A stretch of DNA of 54,177 bases, from assembly GCF_001194135.2 (NCBI RefSeq), contig NC_068999.1, positions 25,186,703 to 25,240,879 of the forward strand. Reading direction: 5' to 3'. The notes beneath the pieces were generated by a model. That model did no database searches. It was not told where the DNA came from and worked only from the letters and a program-made list of their open reading frames with translations. Position numbers and translations under genes: made by a program. This document shows, one piece after another, positions 53,444 through 54,177 of this stretch. This DNA is from Octopus bimaculoides (lineage: Eukaryota). Within the stretch, counting starts at the first letter, position 1; the number at the start of each line of letters is the position of its first letter.

Positions 53444-54122
53444 TATACACATCTATATACATTTATATATATATACATATATAGGTACAACATGCGATTA
53501 CTTAAAAAATTAATAGCGTAATCGCGCTGAGTAATTTCAAAGTAAAGACAAAGAGCACAACACATCTCTCGCCGACCAAATAGGGACTCTCTCGGAAAAG
53601 AAGGTACAAAACAGCATCTTCTCATCGGTGATAAAAAAAATTACGCAACCGATCAATGCGAAATCTACATTATGCAATTTTTTCTTAGAAGAGACCCTGT
53701 TTATCTTACTGTACACAAATGAATTAACTGACACTCAAATCATTATGAAGTGCAAACACAAATATAGAAAATTTTACAAGAAATAGAAGGAAAATGTATT
53801 TAATACAGAACTTTGAATTGGTTTATTAACATTAGGGGATATCTTATTCATGCAACCTTCTGTAAACAAGTGTGCATTTATATACCTAAGTATTTCTGTA
53901 GCGATGTATGAATATGCTTGTGTAACTGCGTATACTGTTTTATCTTTTAACTATATAGTAATTTTCAAGTTTTAATTTGAACTTAGTATATGTTATCGAT
54001 TATCTTATTAATAAAGTATGTATACGTATGTGCGGATGTATGTGTGTATGTATGCATACATAAATATGTGTGCGTGCATGCATAGACATATACGTGTGAT
54101 GTATTATATGTGTATATATATA

Positions 54123-54177
<55 letters not shown>
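53270..54177. repeat. (TA)n/(TACA)n compound microsatellites (53270-53480, 54010-54177)
   Basis: Directly visible. Confidence 0.9.

Overview
AT-rich, intron-dominated animal genomic DNA with seven N gaps, six of them abutting microsatellites. The SINE families and repeat landscape match what I recall for Octopus (coleoid cephalopod); this is recognition, not a database result. The one host gene I can support is on the minus strand: three in-phase coding exons (12239-12051, 11117-11016, 8945-8760) encoding the signal peptide, complete prodomain and first catalytic-domain residues of a kexin/furin-family proprotein convertase (PC1/PC2-like). The middle exon is missing from the ORF track, and the catalytic exons are not visible in the window. 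The rest is mostly mobile DNA: four Tc1/mariner elements (one DD41D, two DD34D, one truncated), RLE (R4/Dong-like), RTE, jockey-like and CR1/L2-like LINE remnants, a Ty3/gypsy integrase remnant, Penelope-like pieces, many tRNA-derived SINEs and a foldback element. Top leads: (1) the prodomain cleavage site is genomically R-H-K-K, and a single A-to-I edit (AAG to AGG at 8902) would give canonical R-H-K-R; (2) two minimal hammerhead-ribozyme motifs in Penelope-like tails; (3) long dsRNA-forming structures just upstream of the first coding exon; (4) candidate short exons of an unidentified plus-strand gene within a diverged local duplication. No prokaryote-type system, CRISPR array, rRNA or true tRNA gene is supported.
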